A DNA stretch of 64,000 nucleotides from Eledone cirrhosa (Eukaryota), in contig OZ024741.1 of assembly GCA_964016885.1 (NCBI GenBank), positions 103,788,001-103,852,000 on the forward strand, written 5' to 3'. Under the pieces are notes generated by a model, which saw nothing but the letters and a program-made list of their open reading frames with translations, was not told where the DNA came from and did no database searches. Below are positions 59,890-64,000 of the stretch, one piece after another; within the stretch, counting starts at the first letter, position 1, and the number at the start of each line of letters is the position of its first letter. The position numbers were made by a program, and so were the translations under genes.

Positions 59890-60734
59890 GGGATACATGA
59901 TATGAAGCTTAAAAAACATTTGTGAATAGTGAAGTTTTAAATCAACATATGTTTTTGAAATGTGCATAATAAAATACTTTGAACTCTTTTAACCATCTTT
60001 TGATCTTACCTACAAACTGTAGAGTGCTACTTATCCGATATTTGCATTGCTTTATTGTGCTACAATAAAACTCACCTCCTATATATATATATATATATAT
60101 ATTGTTATACTTTGGGAGAGTCATGTTGCCAATAAGAAACACATGCACCAGTTGCTTTCACTCCAATTTATTATAAATTAAATTGGAGTGAAAGCAACTG
60201 GTGCGTGTGTTTCTTATTGGCAACATGCCCCTCCCAAAGTATAACAATATCGGTTTCAACACACGTTTTCAGATAAAGAATCTTGCTAAACAAATTCAGA
60301 AACGAAATATATATATATATATATATATATATAGTATTAATTCCAATATTTTTAATGCTTACACTATTTTTAATACTTACATTATTTCTCCACACACAGA
60401 CTATAACAATCATATAAAGAATTCGTCACCAGATCAACCAACCTAACACTCTCGATTACCTGCTTAAGTGCTTCTACTACACGTAACTCTCTGCCACACT
60501 ATATAAACAAGACGCACGTGCTTGCCACACATATAACCTTTGCACTATATAACCGCTTAATTTCATGTATTTTTACCTGTATTTTTGATTGTATCTTTTA
60601 ATACGAATGTAATCTCTAAGTGTGTACTGCCACTCTAAATGCTGTAATGAATGTTGACCCACAATATTTGCATATGTATCTGTATGTCTCTTGGGTGAAA
60701 AGGAGGTCATATAAGTGTTCATTCAATAATAAAT

Positions 60735-60781
60735 TGCTCCGAAGAATCCAAACCTCGGTTTGGAGGAAACAGTTGTAAGCA
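60735..60781 (+). ncRNA. Hammerhead motif with one core change (CCGAAGA)
   Basis: tgct CCGAAGA a TCCAAAC-ctcg-GTTTGGA g GAAA cagttg TA agca. Confidence 0.6.
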
Positions 60782-60959
60782 TAAAAATGTTTTGAACAGT
60801 TCTTTGATTCTTATAATTCATATATATATATATATATATAGTGTTAATATCATAAATAAGAGACAGTTTAATTTGTGTATATATATATAGTGTTAGTATC
60901 ATAAATAAGAGACAGTTTAATTTGTACATTTTTATTACAGCATTCCTTTATACGTATAT

Positions 60960-60974
<15 letters not shown>

Positions 60975-60999
<25 letters not shown>

Positions 61000-61250
61000 T
61001 ATATATATATATATATATACACTATATATATATATATATATATACACTATATATATATATATATATATACACTATATATATATATATATATACACTATAT
61101 ATATATATATACACTATATATATATATATATATACACTATATATATATATATATATATACACTATATATATATATATATATACACTATATATATATATAT
61201 ATATACACTATATATATATATATATATATACACACACTATATATACATAT
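60975..61250. repeat. ACACT(AT)n tandem array
   Basis: About a dozen units of tacactatatatatatata. Confidence 0.85.
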
Positions 61251-61454
61251 ATACACACACACAGATAACAAAGTCAATGAACAGAATGTAATAAAATGTA
61301 CAAATTAAAGTGTCTCTTATTTATAATACTAACACTATATATATATATATATATATATATAATGAAGGAAATGTGGTAAGGAACCAGGTGGACCATAACG
61401 CACCAAAGTACTCAATACTTAGGGTAGTAGAGTGGGTAATAGGAACAAGTAGGA

Positions 61455-61547
61455 CCCCGACGGCTGAGCTCAAGCCGTTTCAACGGCTAATTCTGGACTT
61501 AATAAACATTTTTATCCTGGTATTTGAATAGCTGAGCTTCTCAGGGG
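61455..61547 (-). ncRNA. Decayed hammerhead motif with long stem III (GUC site)
   Basis: ccc CTGA-GA ..about 60 nt.. GAAA cggct-tgagctc-agccg TC gggg; same family at 44055-44270 (+) and 54655-54713. Confidence 0.5.
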
Positions 61548-62705
61548 CTAATTCCATATATGGTAAAAGTGATTGTCACAAGGATTGGTCAAAAGTTTGT
61601 TGTTGAGACATAATAATTCTATCATGGCAATTTGTGGAGGGAAGGGGTAGCTGAACCTGCCAGTAGAAGAAAGAGGGAGAGGGGGTGGAGGAAACCCAGT
61701 CGTGGTGCGTTGATAGTGCCAACTACAGCTGGGCATGAGGTCAAAGAAGATACTAGGGGGGGGGGGTAGTCGAAACAATAAGTAAAACAATATGGGGTAA
61801 ATATATAGAGAAATACCGAGAGTGTTAAAAAACAATTAAATATAAAAAAAAAAAAAAACAATTTCTGGTTACTATAACCTAAGGACAGCTATCAAGTCTC
61901 TCACTGGTACTGCTAGACTAAAGAAAGGTTTACTAGGTGGGACGGAATTATAATGAGAACCTTTTAAGAGGTATAAGTAAACAACCGAATATATCTTACG
62001 GTGACGGGTCAACAAGTGGGGGGCCAAAATACTAAAGAAACTACCACGAAATAATAATTCAGAGTCCTGAGGCCAGTACGAAATAAAGGTTTCTACCCCA
62101 GGCACAAGGCCAGCAACCACCCAGTGCAAAAAAAAAATAAACTAATACGAAATAATAATTCAGAATCCCAAAAAAGAAAACTAATACTATCTCTAAGGGT
62201 GCCGCCACGATACAAAAATTCTAGTGCAAACTACATAAATGCTCGTACGAAGTATATGTAAGATTTGATATGGAAAATTAATTCATTGTTTCAATTTTCA
62301 TTTTTATTGTTTATATATATATATATATGTTTCCATGTCTTTTTTTCTTTTCTTATATAAATAATAAAAATATTTACACGCACAAAACCCACATTGTACC
62401 GTCCTGTGCCGTCTGTAATGTTTTTCTTGATGTCAGCTCTTGTGGCCAATAAAGAAATCATTATTATTATTATTATTATTATTATTGGCATCCTACATAG
62501 TAAATCATATTATCGTGAGCTCCGCAAAGGTTTGTTATTTTCACTTGTTTAAAATTGCCATTTATGGAAAATCTTTATTGTTAACTGTATATAAGTGCAC
62601 ATACATTGTTTTCTGAAAAGGACACTCAAAAAGATTGGGGCCTTGTGCCCAAAATTTAAACTTTTATAATTATCAAACAAAAAAAAAAAATTTCTTTGAA
62701 AGATC

Positions 62706-64000
62706 ATGGCCGACTCACAGCTGAACCCAGTAGCTGAGAGCCTTCCTCACAAACTAAGACCTCACACCGACACCACCATTGTAAATATTACTACGTTTGC
62801 CAACACTAAAAATATAAGCAGTAGCAATATTTTAAATTTGTCTCAAGCAGACATTCATTTCCCGCCATTACCAATGACTGCAGGTGTCGAAGCCGCCACC
62901 CCACCACCACCACAGCGACAACAGAAACAAAAGAAAAAAATAAATTATCTCGTGATATCGAAACGAATTCAGCCAAAATGAACTCTTCCACGCCGAACAC
63001 CACTGACGCCACCACCACCACAACTGAAACTAAAATCAACAATAACAAAAATAACGATAACAACAACAGCAACAATGAGAATAAGAAAACCCTGTCTTTT
63101 GCCAGAGTAGCAAAAATGTGCGAAGCATTCCAGGTAACTCAGGAGGAATTAGAAGAAGCCAAAAAAATGGTAAAGAAAGATGGGTACAGGGTCAGCCCCC
63201 CCCCCCCCCCCCCTAATAAAATGGAGCATCAGCGCCTATGGACCGTGTCTTATTGGACGATTAACATAAAATCGCGCCGAGTGGAACGGGCATCCGAGTC
63301 CCAAATCCAAAAAGCTTTGGGACATGTGTGGGCAAAAAAAAACCACATCAGACGTGGGCAGAAATATGGAACCGTGGACGTGTTCTTTGAAACACCACAG
63401 GAGGCCAGAGAACACTCCATGGCCCCATTAAGAAGTGACGACTTCACACTCGTCCCGAGCTATTGTGGTCAGAGACTCGTGAAGATCAGAGTGACCCACA
63501 TTCCACCGGCCATCGAAATTCCCTGGCTAATGGCTGCCGTCCTCGCCGGCATCGAAGCCAACACCAAGATAATCGAAATAGCGAAAGAAAAGCAGGAGAC
63601 TGCTCCGGATCTGGGATGGACCTCCTGATCCAAGCATAAAAGCATTGAGGAGATCCCAGAGGTAATAGACCTCACTGACGGCAGCCACCTCACTGTAATC
63701 GTTGAGGGCAGAAGGCCGATGTGTGTCGTTTGTGGTGAAGGAACCCACCTAAGGGCTTTCTGCCCTCAGGCTAAAAGGTTGAGGCCACCTATCTTACCCA
63801 CCGCAGTGACTCAACCATCAACACCACCAGCAGCAGAAATGGCAGCAACAACAGAAGCAACTGTAACAGCAACAACCCCAGCAACAGTAGCAAAACCAAC
63901 ACCACTACCACCCAACGCGCCAGAACTAGCACCAGCACCTACACCATCCACCACGCCACAACCAAAACCAACGCCTGTGGAGGATTTTCCACTCCCCGAC
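62706..64000 (+). mobile_element. Tx1/L1-like LINE ORF1 (gag-like), disrupted, continues beyond the window
   Basis: SFARVA motif; RRM-like VDVFF..KIRVTHIP; after the TGA at 63626, VIVEGRRPM-CVVCGEGTHLRAFC (CX2CX4HX4C) and a Pro/Thr/Ala-rich tail; probable frameshift near 62935. Confidence 0.8.

Noticed and set aside
63626-63628. Programmed readthrough of TGA in ORF1
   Set aside because: An alternative frame (GMDLLIQA) suggests compensating indels in a decayed copy; cannot be distinguished from a single copy

Overview
Eukaryotic, AT-rich, repeat-dominated window. The repeat families suggest a cephalopod (octopus-like) genome; this is inference only. One host gene is supported: the 3' part of an ENTPD5/6-type apyrase (GDA1/CD39 family) on the minus strand. 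It has eight GT-AG exons between 44439 and 27297 that splice in phase into about 245 aa covering the end of ACR3, ACR4 and ACR5; the 5' exons were not found. The rest is retroelements (RTE, CR1-like, HERO-like, CRE-like, Tx1/L1-like, Penelope-like), tRNA-derived SINEs, non-autonomous Helitrons, piggyBac-type MITEs, multi-kb (AT/AC) microsatellites and a 200-N gap. The most notable signal is a dense set of type I hammerhead ribozyme motifs from several unrelated families. Three have intact cores and many are decayed. They sit in fold-back Penelope-like remnants whose inversion breakpoints repeatedly fall inside the ribozyme. Other notable items are a candidate HDV-like ribozyme on a 600-bp bipartite RTE derivative, RTE copies stacked in (TA)n tracts, hidden higher-order repeats in the giant microsatellites, and a SINE dimer that triplicated the gene's likely poly(A) signal. 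Everything was read by eye; no searches were run.
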